Of a DNA stretch of 64,000 nucleotides, positions 13,333 to 27,835 are shown in pieces. Both the position numbers and the translations under genes were made by a program. The first letter of the stretch is position 1. Every line of letters starts with the position of its first letter. The stretch is from assembly GCA_951406725.2 (NCBI GenBank), contig OX597819.1, positions 20,646,001-20,710,000 on the forward strand, written 5' to 3'. The DNA comes from Octopus vulgaris (Eukaryota). Below the pieces are notes generated by a model, which worked only from the letters and a program-made list of their open reading frames with translations, searched no databases and was not told the origin of the DNA.

Positions 13333-13731
13333 CAGTAGTAGTAGCAGCAGCAGCAGTAGGGTTAGGGTCGTCGATATTATAATAATGATTATCCACCAGA
13401 CCTTTATTACTAAGAAGAAGAGGAGAAGAAGAAGAAAACGAAGATGAAGAAAAGGAGAAGAAGACGAAGAAAAAGGAGTAGAAGACGAAGAAGAAGACGA
13501 AGAAGGAGATGAAGAAGAAGAAGAAGAAGAAGAAGGCGAAGAAGAAGAAGACGACGACGACGACGAAAGAAGAAGAAGAAGAAGAAGAAGAAGAAGAAGA
13601 AGAAGAAGAAGAAGAAAATGAAGACGAAGGAGAAGAAGAAGAAGAAGAAGAAGAAGAAGAAGAAGAAGAAGAAGAAGAAGACGAAGCAGAAGATGAAGAA
13701 GACGACGACGACGAAAGAAGAAGAAGAAGAG
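13236..13731. repeat. Trinucleotide mosaic: (GTA/GCA)n then (GAA/GAC)n
   Basis: Direct reading. Confidence 0.95.
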
Positions 13732-14146
13732 GTCAGTTTTTACGAGCAATATTGAAGATTTGGCACCGGAAGTTGCATTATTTGAACCAAGCCGAATGTC
13801 GGTCGGCTGAAATGTGTTCGCCTCGGAACAGTGTTAGTGAAAGCAGTGAACTTTCGCTGATATTTTAATTAAGCATTAACGCCCCTGCGCATTAACAATG
13901 GAATAAACTGAGACGTCAGTGTCACCGATAGCATTAATATTTATATACTGAGGAGGAATCATAAAACATGCACACACACACACACACACTTACACAAACG
14001 TATACACACACGTATGTATATATGTATGTATATGGGTGTGTGCTTGTGTGTTTTTACCTCCATACATGTATATGTATATGTGATTGCACGCACATATAAC
14101 TATATATATAGATGCAGAAATATAATTATACATATATACATACACA

Positions 14147-14188
<42 letters not shown>

Positions 14189-14244
14189 AATACGTTCACT
14201 AATATACATGAATGTATGATTAAGTATGCATACCGATGTGAATT

Positions 14245-14291
<47 letters not shown>

Positions 14292-14307
14292 ACATATATA
14301 TATATAT

Positions 14308-14354
<47 letters not shown>

Positions 14355-14389
14355 CATTTATGTAAATGTATAGACACACATGCATACAC

Positions 14390-14484
<95 letters not shown>

Positions 14485-15204
14485 CAGACATGTTCGCTTA
14501 GTTGGAAATGTATAGAAATATATATATATAGTTGATAAATGAAAAGTTTCTCTCTGAATAGAAGCAAAAGAGAAGAAAATAAGAATGGTTTTTCAGTTTC
14601 GTATCGCTATTCAGTAAGTATTCTTGAGATCATAAACAGATGCTTCTTGAAGTGACCTTTACCTCTTTAACATAACTATACAACGTTGGTGTCCGACCAG
14701 TGGACAAGTATTATGGATGGACAACGGTGGAGTAATTATTACGAAGGGAAAAGATCACTGCACACTGGCTTCATCAGTCAACTCGATTTGGTCATAAATG
14801 GAAACTTAACTTAATCAAATATCTGACATGAAGTGGTCTTCTCAACGAGCAGTCTGTCATTATCAGATATTTTAGTATTGGCCTTCTAGGCGAACGAAGA
14901 CAATTCCACGAGATCGTTTGCCAACCTCCTCATTTAATATACACCAAAATGCTTGAAAGTATGGTAACGTGGTGCGACAGGCTTGCAGAGTTTAGCGTGA
15001 TTTATGCTAATCATCTACACTTACATTAATCAGAGACTCCAGTGTCAGAATATCAATATCATGTTCTCATTGCGGGATAAGTAAATACACCGATGTATTA
15101 GCATATATGTATATATATACATATGCAAGTATGTGTATATAAATCAATATATGGGTAGATAGATATATAGATACATACATACATGTATGTATGTATATAT
15201 TTAG

Positions 15205-15261
<57 letters not shown>

Positions 15262-15999
15262 GATAGATAGATAGACATAAGTATTTATCACGCTTGATAA
15301 CTATGGTCATAAACATACAGTGAGATTTTGATTAAAAAGAGGCATGCATGCTTGTAAGAATATATGTGCGTGTGTGTGCGTGTGTGTGTGTGTGTGTATG
15401 TGTGTGCACGCGCGCGTGTGTGTATGTATAAAATAAAACTTAGATAAGGGAGAAAATACTAAAAGAAATTTCTCATGAAATACAGTTTGTAACGCATAAT
15501 TCCGGTTTTAGCATATTCGTCTTTTTCAAGTAAGAGTGAAACATGGTTGGATATTAATTAAAAAGAAAAACATTTAAATTGAAGAAAAAATAAAATGAAG
15601 ACACACACAGTCTTCAAGATTAAAATACGTAAGTACAGAAAAATGGTATTAACACATCTACATTTTCGCCACTAAACACAACCCAAATTTAGAATTTTTA
15701 TACTCTATAAATTTAGGGACAGTGCAGCGTATAATGAGCGCATTAGTAAAGAATCATATTTTAACCCAAAATATAAACCTCTTTTGAGTGTTTTCGCTAC
15801 AGATGGCACTACTACAAGGATCTTACAATGATACCCACGCAAGTATTGGAAACGATAGATATATTAAAATCAGTCACTACCCATGTATCCAGAACAAATC
15901 TTGCCACTACTTCTACAACCACAGCAGGTTACTTTTAGTTCACTTGACCATTAAAGCAGACTCCACGGACAGCCTCTACTACTGGGTGATACCACTTCC

Positions 16000-16000
16000 C

Positions 16001-16031
<31 letters not shown>

Positions 16032-16090
16032 CTTCTTCTTCTTCTTCTTCTTCTTCTTCTTCTTCTATATATATATATATATATATATGT
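16000..16090. repeat. (TTC)n followed by (TA)n
   Basis: Direct reading. Confidence 0.95.
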
Positions 16091-16094
16091 TGTT

Positions 16095-17930
16095 GCTATT
16101 ATGTTAAATTGTCGTATGTCCAAATTTGGCTGAATGGGATTCTTTCAATACATACTACATCAGATTATTTTGGTCAAACTGTCGTATCTTCAGCTGCTTC
16201 AGATGCCAAAATATCATAAAAACGTCAAAATTAACGTCAAGGATTTTGCTACGGAATGGTGAAACGTCGTTTTGTCACACTGAAATTCAGTATGTATGTA
16301 ACTCACTAACTGTACACGGAAGACAACTCGAAGTCGTTATATATACTACATATCGCCCTCCAGAGGCTGCGATTCTCGCCGGCAAGTTTGAAGACTGCCT
16401 TACAAAAACAGAAGTTCTAGTTCTATTAGAACAGCACAGAAGTGTACTATTTATGGGAAACTTCAATGTTCCCAATGTCTGATGACCTGAGAACCTTTCT
16501 CTTTTACGAATGGCACGTTGCGAACAAGGACACATGTAGTCCCTTCTGAACCTCATCCACACTTTGTACTTGGAACAAATGGTTCTCCACCAAACTGGGG
16601 CAGGCGATATACTGGATCTCTGCTTCACAAATAATGTGGATCTCCGCCATATTGTGGAAGTGACACCGACGCTACTCTCGGATCTGAATATGGTAGAACT
16701 GACCATGTAAGGACCAAAGGATATCGTGGACATGCAGCCTACAAGAAACTCTCAAAATCTTTCCAGTTTGAAATTCCACACGGCAAACTCGAAACAAATT
16801 AAGAAATAGATCCTCAAATAAAACTGACCTAAATGTTTCACCTCACCGGACAGCCATATGATACCTCAACAATTCATGTCTGTAATGTAAGCCATATGCT
16901 ACAAATGTGTCCCAGAGTGGAAGGCCACTGTACACAATATCAAAATCCCCAGGGAAAGGAAAGTCGTTATGAGAGGGCGTACAACAATTTCAAATCGCCT
17001 AAATAAAGAAACTGAAAGCAGTAACACATCTCGCATGAATATACAACTGCTAGAGATTGAAAAATATCTGCAACTCTCCCATGAAAAACAAAGAGCAGAT
17101 AAAGACTGGTCTTTAGACAATATAAAATCTAACCCCAGAATTTTCAAAGAAACAATCTCAGTGCACTTCAGGGTAGGGCTTTTCCTCGAAAAAGACGATT
17201 CAGTCACAGGAAACCCAGGGAGAATAAGTGAAATACTAAATGAGCAATTCAAAAGTGTTTTCACACCACAGCTTGGACACTTACCAGTCAGCAGTGCAGC
17301 TGACGTTTTCACAACTGTAGATATAAAAACAGAGGCAGCGATGATTGATTACATCAATATAAAAGATGATGCAATAAGGGCTATAGATGAGATGAACCCG
17401 AACTCAGCTACTGGCCCTGATGGATTCCCAGCGATCCGACTAAAATCATGTGAGTCCTAGCAAGACCACAGCAGTCTCTCTCCCAGAGCTTCCTTGCATG
17501 TGGCAAACGTCCAAGTAAGCTAAAGGAAGGGAAAATATTCCAACCAGTGTAAAATAAATTGCAGGACTTTTGGCAATGCAACGAATCTACCCAAAAATGA
17601 TAGCCTCTATGCAGAATATAAGCTACTGGGAAAGACTGAAGAGATTGAGACTCTATTCTCTGGAGCATAGACGGGAACGATATACTGTAATATCTGGAAG
17701 ATCCTGGAATGACTTGACCCGGACTTTGGTATTGAGAGTGCCAAAGATTCTAAATTTGTAATCAGAATATAGGACAGGATGTTGCCCATAGCTTGGGCTT
17801 TAAAGGCCGACAGGTCTTCAAGATATTTTCGAAGGACTTGAGAGACCTATATAGGGTGGGTATAGATCTCTTCAAAACAAAACTAGATCTCTTATTGTCA
17901 AGAGTACCAAATGAACCAACAGTGAAGTAA
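16095..17930 (+). mobile_element. CR1-clade LINE ORF2 remnant (AP endonuclease + linker + C-terminus; RT core deleted)
   Basis: APE motifs YRPP, MGNFN, ILDLCF, SD.NMV; IKSNPRIF, EILNEQFKSVFT, SATGPDGFPA; then jumps to SYWERLKRLRLYSLEHRRERY. Many stops and frameshifts. Confidence 0.85.
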
Positions 17931-18010
17931 AATTATGTAGCCACACCAAATGGCGTTGTTCCAGCAAGGCCAAAATTCGTGAACTGAAACTAATTCAATT
18001 GAATTAAATT

Positions 18011-18051
<41 letters not shown>

Positions 18052-18675
18052 GTGTGTGTATGGGGGGGGGGGGCAATTACGTATGCATATATATTTGTAC
18101 ACACACACACACGCATACATACACACACACACACGCATACATACACACACACACATATATATATATTGTAGTTGAAATTTATAGAAAAATAAAAGACGTG
18201 CATGTGTGTGAGGAAGATTGCATGGATGAGTACGTGTGTGCTTGCATGTATAACAGAAAACCGTCTTTCTACAGAGAATATCTGAGAGATGTACATGCGT
18301 CCCGTCCTTAGTACCTGAAGACAGCCAAACACAACGCCGGCCGAAACCCAATGCACATACAGTCCTATAGAGTGTCAGACTAATTATCTCTTCAAAAGAT
18401 GAGGTTACTCTGTGAATACTAATAACCCAGCTAATGAATACAGACGATGACACAAACAAATGACTTTTATAAACCATTAAACCTGACCACATGTATGCAT
18501 TTGAAAATTGTTCTTCCTTTTATGGAGAAATTTCAAAATGGAAATGAAAGAAGGAAAAGAGAGAGACAAAGGCGGCACACCAGCAATGAAAATGTTATTA
18601 TTGTTACGAGAATTACCAGAGTCATTTCGCCAGTTAATGTATACATATTGAAGCACCTGAAATACGCTAAATATG

Positions 18676-18945
<270 letters not shown>

Positions 18946-19132
18946 GCATACACACACATGTATATGAGTATATGTACATACAATTATATTTATATACATG
19001 TATAAATGCAGGAATACTTACATACTCTTATACAATATGAGTGTATAGGCGTGTGTGTACCTCAAATCACATGTATAATTACATTTACATATAAACTTAT
19101 CTGCATATGTATGCATGTGTTTATATACACGT

Positions 19133-19245
<113 letters not shown>

Positions 19246-19451
19246 TACGTATCACTCTTCCTTTTTCTCTGTCACATCCCTCCTCTTTCCTCTGCTAACT
19301 CGACTCTAATGCTGGGAAGGAAATAAACGTAAATTATCGTTTCGGAAAATTTCTTTTCAGCATAAAGAAACAAATTTACGATCGAATGTGAATTTGTAAA
19401 GTGCTAGTAATAATAGTGAAATCAGAAACAAGAATATTACGATTAATAGTA

Positions 19452-19627
19452 ATGATGACGACGACGAAGACGACGACGATAATGATGATGATGATGACAA
19501 CGACGATGATAAGGGCGATGATGATGACGATGGGGATCAGAATGAGGGGGTGGTGATGAAGATGATAATAATAATAATGATGATGATAATGATGATGATA
19601 ATAGTAATTATAATGATAATAATACAA

Positions 19628-19678
<51 letters not shown>

Positions 19679-19680
19679 TT
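19452..19680. repeat. (GAT/GAC)n grading into (AAT)n
   Basis: Direct reading. Confidence 0.9.
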
Positions 19681-21410
19681 GTAACAAGGACGACATCGAC
19701 GCCAAGAACATTTTAAGGGAGAAGACTGCTAGCATCATCACAATCCACAGAATAAATATGAAGAAAACCACCACAACCATCACACCACCTCCTAGAACAA
19801 CAACAATATCATTAGTTCTGCTCATCATAATAAAGCTAAAATAAATATAAATATAGAAATTTACTTCATAAACATTTGTATCCGACGAAAGAAAACAGTA
19901 AAAAATTAGCAGAAGAATGCATTTAAATTTACAGAAAATCTTCGAAATGAAACTGTATTTTTTTGCCTCATCTAATGAATATCTAAAACTGGCCGTAAAA
20001 TTCTAAATGTTGGGCCGTTTTTCATTTATTTAAATAAGCTCTCTGTCAATCCCATGATAAAATGGAAATCAGCTTTCAATTTATGCATCAATTCAGATTG
20101 TATTTTCGTCTGTCCAAAAACATGCATATATTCAGAGAGGATTAAATGTGTGACGCTTGAGATTGCCGAGAAATTGACGCAATACAACTATAATAACTGC
20201 ACAATAGTTCAAATGTTCCATTCAGAATCATACAGTGTTCTAGTGTACGTTTGGTTTGGACAAGCAATGTTTGAGACTCGTCAAGTAATTTAGTTTTCAT
20301 TCCGATATATCTATTTATTCACACAAAACACTTTAAAATAGAAAACTTCCATTGAAACAATTCGATATGTGCTTTTATAAGCTAGAATTCGTGCAGGAGC
20401 AGGCTCAGTTCGAATTAGCACTTCTATATTGCTTGTTATGAATAAAGAGTCTTGCATTCTTTTCTATATACACACTACTTCCACTGAACAATAGCTGTCT
20501 TCTCCATTATTTGTAAAAGCATGCATTAGTTTAGCTACCAACTAAAGGAGTTTTTCCCCCACAAGATTTGCCCACAAAGTAAATAATGCGGAATTGTTCT
20601 AACTGAATCGTTTGGCTCTGACAAAAATGTATTTATTTAAAGGTTTCTTTTTAGGAAACATTCTTTGTATATTTAATGGGTTTTCATGCGAAAGTGTCGG
20701 TAGAGTAAGAGAAGGAGAAAAACCGAAATAGTGATAGATAGCGAGAGAGAGAGAGGGGGGGGGGAGAATCAGAGAAAACTTTGGTCTGATTTATTTTACG
20801 GATTAATTGATCGATACTAGAAGTACATGTCTTTTCGTCCAACTTTTAGACAGTTTTCATACTGGACAACTGAGAACGGACATATTGTGTGAGGTATTGA
20901 AAATATTACAACATGAATCTATTGTTTTGGTTTTTATTATTTCCTGATGCGTAACAGAACTTATCAAACTATGATATATGAATACTGTTCGCTTGTTTAT
21001 ATATTCTCTAATATACAGAGTGTTCTTTATTTTTTATGTTCTAAGAAAATATCTGAGTTGAATAAAATATATATTTAGTTTATTTGGCAGCAAACGAAAG
21101 ACAGGTATTTATAGACTGCAAAGTTAACGGAGTTTTCAAACGATACGAGTTTAGTTTTAGGAGTTCTGAGTCGTCGGCACAGCGATATATAACACTGGTA
21201 GCCGTTTATGTGTGTGCTCGTATTTACATACTTATGTGTGTGTGTGTGTGTGTTTATATATGCATGTATGTATGTGATTGCGTATACATGTGTGTGTGGT
21301 CTCTCTCAATCTTGCGACAAAGGATAGGACACAAGGTTTAGATTCGTCTACCAAACAACTTGTAGTATCTATTAGTTGGTTCCAATATTTTTATTGAATA
21401 TAAATATATT

Positions 21411-21510
21411 TTCGAAACGTAAAAGACTTTCTCACTCCCCGAGCGATAAACTAATACATCTGTCTGTTATTTACACACTGGCCTTCGTCTTTTGTTTTGT
21501 TAAATTAAAT
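21411..21510 (+). mobile_element. 5'-truncated copy of the GAAACGT pLTR-like repeat
   Basis: cgaaacgtaaaagacttt...ctaataca...ccttcgtcttttgttt matches 35640-35760 and 51980-52070 (minus). Confidence 0.7.
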
Positions 21511-21713
21511 TAAAACGAACAAAATTAAGAGGATGCGCACAAGGAGAGTATTTGCTCGACGTTCAGTGAAAAGAGAGAACTTGGCGTTTCGAGCAGAATT
21601 CTTCGTCGGAAATTAGAAAGGGAAAATTCCAAAGAAAATGATATTGCCAACAGCATGTCTGTAGTTCTATTGATGAAATGACCGGAAGTAGGGAACCCAG
21701 ATAATGAAGGAAG

Positions 21714-21747
<34 letters not shown>

Positions 21748-21861
21748 TTTTAATTTCTTTTACTTGTTTTGGTTGACCGTGGCCTTCACAGGGCACCATC
21801 TTCAAGGATTTTAGTCGAACGTATCGATCCCAGTTCTTATTTTTAAGACTTGCCCTTATTC

Positions 21862-22064
21862 GTTTCTACTTTAGGCACAATGCCCGAAATTTTGGAGGTG
21901 GGGGCCAGTGTATTAGATGGATCCCAGTACGCAACTGGTACTTAATTTATCGATCCCGAAAGGCAAAGTCTACCTCGGCGGAATTTAAACTCAGAACGTA
22001 AGGCCAGACGAAATACCTTTATACATTTCGCCCGGCGTACTAACATTTCTGCCAACTTGCCGCC
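21862..22064 (-). mobile_element. tRNA-derived SINE family 2, with a 19-bp TSD, nested in an old family-1 SINE
   Basis: Head ggcggcaagttggcagaaatgttag, B-box-like gagtttaaattccgccgagg; TSD ttaag(a/c)cttgcccttattc at 21843-21861 and 22065-22083. Confidence 0.85.
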
Positions 22065-22089
22065 TTAAGCCTTGCCCTTATTCTGTCAG

Positions 22090-22900
22090 TTTGAATGATT
22101 CACCCCGGAAACATGAGTGCTTTCTTCATCATTCTTTAACAAACTTTATTCAGAGACCGTTTGTGGACGAATTTGTCCAGGTACCATTTAAATGTTGTGG
22201 TTTTTATTTTTTCTACTTTAATTTCTTTCAGGATAACATTGAAAAACATAATACCGATACCATTTGCATAATATTGGTAGAATATTTTCCACATAGTGCA
22301 AGTAGTGCATCGCTCACAGCGGCGTCGCAGAAAATAGAGTTTCAGTTGTTTAAGTCGAGGTTAATAATCAAGTCCCATCATGCCATTTACTTGTTAGTGA
22401 TTGATCTTTGTGGCGCTTCTATCCTCATTATGTCTTGTTTTTTGAAGGGGGACCAGAATGGGCAGCAGTATTCCAGGTGGGGCCTAGCGAATGTAAAGAA
22501 GAGAAGGATGATGGTTTCATGACCCATAGATTAAAAAGTTCTGAGGATCCATGAGCACAGTTTGCGGGCAACATCGACTTTTTTGTTGATGTTGCACACT
22601 CCAGCAAATTTTGTTGTCGACAGTTACACCTAAGACTTTGACATTATCCGACAACTCAGCTAGGTCTCCCGACGGTAGTGTATATGGTTGTTTGAGTGTG
22701 CCATCTTTTACGACGTGGATGAGCTCAAATTTTTCTTCGTTCAACTGCATATTGTTTTATTTTGCCCGCTCAGTTACTGCGCACAAGTCCGATTGAAGTA
22801 TCGATCGATCATATGCTCCCTTAATGACTTTCTGGAGCTTAGAGTCATCTGCAAATATTTTAATGGTGTTATGTTCAATGGAATCTGCAGTCATCCATCT
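22090..22900 (-). mobile_element. CR1-like LINE RT/C-terminal fragment
   Basis: FADDSK, QLNEEKFELI, VKVLGVTVDNKICWS and RPHLEYCCPFWSP on the minus strand; frameshifted. Confidence 0.85.
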
Positions 22901-23591
22901 ATTAAACGATTACGTTGGGCATTTGGAATAATTTTACCGTTGCGTAGGGATTTTTCCATTTTTTTTTTTTTTTTATCTTTTGTATCGCACATTTCAAAAT
23001 CCTGGTAGAACTTTCGCTCATTAAAATATTAGAGTCCTTGGTTTCTAAACGTCATCTTTGACCACTAAAATGATTTTAAGTAACTCATTTCTAACTTTCG
23101 TCATTTTATTGTTTTACACATTCTGAAAGACATGTGATTCACATCAAAAATAAAAATAAAACGAATTATAAACCCTGCTCCCTCCTCTTGCCTGCACATT
23201 TTGCGATTAAAATCAAACTCTCCAGTCAATAATTCATTTGTTGAAAACAGTTAAACAACAACAACAACAATGATGTGGACAAAAGCAAAAAGTAAACCTC
23301 GGTGATCTTGTGGCTGCCCATCCCATCACCGCTGCCATTGTTATTCATTGCTCGATTGCCCTACCCACTCTCATGCGAAACACAACCTATTTAACCAGTT
23401 AACTAGTCGTCGTCGCTGACATCACCACCACCACCACCACTAGCAACAACAACAACAACAACAACTAATTCCATCTTCAACAATTCCTCGCCAACTTAAT
23501 CCAAACACGTCTACTACATTATTCCTAACGTGCACTTTACCGCTCCGCTAAATGGCATTTCCACAACAACTACAATAATAATAATTATATC

Positions 23592-23856
23592 CTTTTACTT
23601 GTTTCAGGCATTTGACTGCAGCCATGCTTGAGCACCGCCTTTAGTCGAGCAAACCTACATCAGGACTTACTCTTTGTAAGTCTGGTACTAGTTCTATCGG
23701 TCACTTTTGCCGAGCCGCTAGGTTGCGCGGTCGTAAACACACCAGCATCGGTTGTCAATCGATGTTGGGTGGGGGGCAAACATACAAACTCATACGCATA
23801 TATATATATAAACGACGGGCTTCTTTCAGTTTCCGTTTACCAAATCCACTCACAAT
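23592..23856 (-). mobile_element. SINE family 1, 5'-truncated
   Basis: Matches the 3' two-thirds of 27129-27544. Confidence 0.85.
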
Positions 23857-24124
23857 GTAATAGCTAAACAATAAATTAAATTCTGCTGTGATCCTAAGAG
23901 AATGAAAACCTTGCTAACACATCGGTATCATCAATCGCTAGAGTAAAGCCGTTTCGCTTAATTAAAAAAAATTAAGAAACAAAATTTTTTTAAGAAGTTG
24001 AAGAAATATCAAGAGTGATCACTTCTAATTGATATATCCAGCTCTCCAGCTTTGTAATTACAGCCACACTGTTTCCAGACGCCAAACTTCTACTAATCAT
24101 TCTAGGAGACGTTAATTCTTAGTC

Positions 24125-24450
24125 TTCGATTCCCAGACCGGGCGTTGTGAGTGTTTATTGAGCGAAAACACTTAAAGCTCCACGAGGATCCGGCAGGGAT
24201 TGTAGTGATCCCTGCTGTACTCTTTCACCACGACTTTCTCTCACTCTTACTTCCTGTTTCTGTTGTACCTGTATTTCAAAGGGCCGGCCTTGTCACTCTC
24301 TGTGTCACGCTGAATATCGCCGAGAACTACGTTAAGGGTACACGTGTCTGTGGAGTGCTCAGCCACTTACACGTTAATTTCACGAGCAGACTGTTCCGTT
24401 GATTCGGATCAACCGGAACCCTCGTCGTCGTAATCGACGGAGTGCTTCCA
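24125..24450 (+). mobile_element. SINE family 3 (variant 3' module A), head truncated
   Basis: ttcgattcccagaccg B-box and gtgtttattgagcgaaaacac.taaagctccacg are shared with 37150-37285 (minus). Confidence 0.7.
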
Positions 24451-24469
24451 CAATTCTTAGTCATGCTGA

Positions 24470-25260
24470 ATCCAGTAAAGTAAATGGAGAGAATCATATT
24501 CGGTATGATACATTGACCACTAATGTAGCCCTGTGAAAGTCGAGGTCTCAGTGATGTCATTAAACTCCAACGAGGGCGCTTGGCGATTTTTCTGAAGTGA
24601 CACAAATAAAAAGCTACTTCATGGACGAAAATCTTTCTAAAAGCCTGTGGCATTAGCCATTCTATAAATGCTCAAAACTCGGAAATTCCTTGTATTGAGA
24701 GCTGTCTCACCGATCCTCAAGATTCTATCCCATTAGCTTCCTAATCGAGACGTGTGTCAATAACACTTAGACGCAGATGTGAGTCTGAAATTTTTCTAAC
24801 AATTGTGAAAATTATACAGTTTGAAGAAAGGGAATCGTTCCTATTTTTCCGCCGCGATCCCCTCACTATGTTGAGTGAACTCAATTAAAGATATCGAAAA
24901 CTAATAAAGGATTTCAGTAATGTTCACCTGTGTCCTATTTGAACTCGAATATCTTCTCATCGCATTCCCTTTGCGTTCCTAAGATTCTATATTTAAGCCT
25001 CAAACTCACGAGGAAAAACACTCTACTGTACCGGTCTAAGATTCAGAGGTCGTCAAGTATTCAACTTCTTACGCAAAGAGATTAGAACTATAAAAGGGTC
25101 CTCTACTGAAACTTTCAGTAAAGCATTAGATGAACTGCTAACAACGATTCCGGACCAACCAACCAACCAACCAACCAGTCAATGATACAATCAGGGGAGA
25201 TTAGCAACTACGAGATCGATCATCGAAAAACTTACACTCATAAAGCGACAACAAAGCTAA
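24470..25260 (+). mobile_element. Degenerate CR1-like LINE 3' end
   Basis: FNFLRKEIR..FSKALDELLTTIPDQP resembles CR1-type C-terminal motifs. Confidence 0.55.
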
Positions 25261-26774
25261 AAGGTAAAAGAAAAAGAAAGAAATTAAGGTGATGCTCCAG
25301 CATCGCCGCAGTACGGCGACTGTAACCATGAAAGGAATAAAAGAATAGATATTTTGTCCACTGTTTCGAACTTCAAGGCTGAAATACGTTGAGTTTATTA
25401 ATTCAAAATTGTTTCTCAATAAACAGCATCATTATGAGACTATTCATATCTCTATATATTCGTATTCAATCACAATTTATTTTTTCTCTCCGGATCAATC
25501 TTCACGGCGTGGATAAATCCCTGATAATTGTGTTTATCATTTATTCAGATGTAAACAGTTATACCATTATAGATTTCAGTTCAAATTTTTCTGATTCTCA
25601 ATGATGGAACATGAAAAACGGAACATGTTTAGTTGCTGAAACTCAGCATTTTTATACAAGACCAACAATATTTTATTTTACACAGAAGACAGCTGTCGTT
25701 GTTAACATTTTTAATAGTCTCAACTCTAACCAAACTACTACAGAACTATTCATCTCAGTATTGTTTGTTTTCTAATTGAATATCAGCAGAACATACTTGT
25801 TATTTACACTATTGGCACCGTTTAGCTAGAATCTCTTTCGTGGTATTGAAATACGCTCACAGAATTACAGAATCTCTAATATCTCCAATAAAATTTCCAA
25901 TACAAAATGTCATCTTATTCAAATAGTAAAATTTTCAATTATTTCTCGTATTTATCTTTTCGAAGTCTTGCATTAAAAATCTAGGTCTTTCATAAATCTC
26001 ACTTCCTCCGGCCTTAATACTTCGCAACAGACGTAAAACCATATATGGTTGTCACAGCAATAAATAGTTTCAGAACATATCAGATATACCAGTTCCTTTT
26101 TTCTCTCTTTCTTTTAACGCCTTGTCCCGGAATTATCGTCCAAATTTATTACCGTCTTGCATACGAATCATGTTCACGATTCACTTTCTTACCTTCATTT
26201 TTTCTTATTGTTTTGTTTTGTTTATTTAATTCCATTCCTTACTATTTCCATTACTTCTTTCCGGCTTAATCTAATTCTTCTTAAAATTTCTACTTGACAT
26301 CGCTCTGTGTTTTTGCCTATCTCTCTTTCTCTCTTTCTATCTTTGTCTCTGTCTTTCTGTCTCTCTGTCTCTCGCTCTCTCTCTGTCTCTCTCTCTGAAG
26401 TCATGTATGACCCCTACTGAGGTTAGCGACTGATTTCATTTTGGCAGTTTGCGTTGCCAAGAGAGAGGGGGGAGGACGGACAGGAAACACATATGCAGAG
26501 ACAGAGATGGAGATTAGATAGATTAGGCGGTTACAGAGTGATCTAAATATTATGAAAAAAGAAAGAATATACTATACAAGTGGTGTTCCATCGATACGCA
26601 ATTAACGACCACGTCTTTAACGGATCTAAGACCCTGTGGGTGAGACATTGCATAAATTATGAGTCAGCAATATAAGTATGTAAATTCACCACAGCAAATA
26701 CAACGGAGAGTTCAAAGCGCGCAATTATGGTTGAAAATTCAAATTATTAAGGAGATTAATATTATATGGAAATG

Positions 26775-26945
26775 ATGAGCTGATTGAACCGTTTACATGC
26801 CGGACGAAATGCTTGACAGCTTTTTGTCCGTCTTTACATTCTGAGTCCAAAATCCGCCGAGCTGGCTTTTACCTTTCATGTTATCTGGGTTGAGAAAATA
26901 AGTACCAGTTAAACACTGGGGTCAATGTAAACTACTTATGCCACC
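26775..26945 (+). mobile_element. SINE family 2, degenerate
   Basis: ccggacgaaatgctt..ttctgagtccaaaatccgccgag..aataagtaccagtt..ctggggtc matches 21862-22064. Confidence 0.75.
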
Positions 26946-27128
26946 GAACGAGGCACTAGTCCGTTGCGTGGTTCCACATTTACAGCGGAACAAAACTAAC
27001 GAGTGATGAAGCGTTTCACGGAAGCGTTTCACGGAAGCGAAGCCGCAATCTTCGATCGAGAAAGTAACGGGCTTGTCATGAGGCCATGCACCTTCACGCT
27101 ATAGAAGTAATTCTAATTAACTTAATAT

Positions 27129-27544
27129 ACTCTTTATGCTTTTACTCTTTTACTTGTTTCAGTCATTTGACTGCGGCCATGCTGGTGCACCGCCTTTAAT
27201 CGAGCAACTCGACCACGGGACTTATTCTTTTGTAAGCTCAGTACTTATTCTATTGGTCTCTTTTGCCGAACCGCTAAGTGACGGGGACAGAAACACACCA
27301 GCATCGGTTGTCAAGCAATGCTAGAGGACAAACACAGACACACAAACACACACACGCATATATATATATATATATACATATAAACGACGGGCTTCTTTCA
27401 GTTTCCGTCTACCAAATCCACTCACAAGGCTTTGGTCGGCCCGAGGCTATAGAAGACACTTACCCAAGGTGCCACGCAGTGGGACTGAACCCGGTACCAT
27501 GCGGTTGGTAGACAAGCTACTTACCACACAGCCACTCCTGCGCC
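27129..27544 (-). mobile_element. SINE family 1, full length
   Basis: Reverse complement of 5692-6117 with few differences. Confidence 0.92.
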
Positions 27545-27835
27545 TATAATATCTTGATTATTACAGAAGATATAGTTCGTAACTTATATTTAGTGGGCGA
27601 AATAGTACTGTTCATTGGAAGGGACACAATTCAAACTGAGAAGGATTCAAAAGAACTAGTCATTTGATTTTTGATTCGGGCCCTACTCTTCAATGCCTTC
27701 GCACTCAAATATTTTGTGCTCTTAAACTTCAATAATCGCAGACTGTATTGTGTTGCCAAGATAATGGATATAACCACATGATGTAGAGAGTGGTTTCTTT
27801 CAAATTGCTTTAATATATAACATGGGCATATAGAC

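Noticed and set aside
13509-13868. Poly-K/E/D acidic ORF and antisense poly-L/S ORF
   Set aside because: (GAA)n repeat read-through; no domain or splice support.
18250-18520. Non-repetitive minus-strand ORFs, and a CTGAAGA..ggcc GAAAC motif at about 18316-18355
   Set aside because: No recognisable protein; stems I and III of the putative hammerhead cannot be formed.
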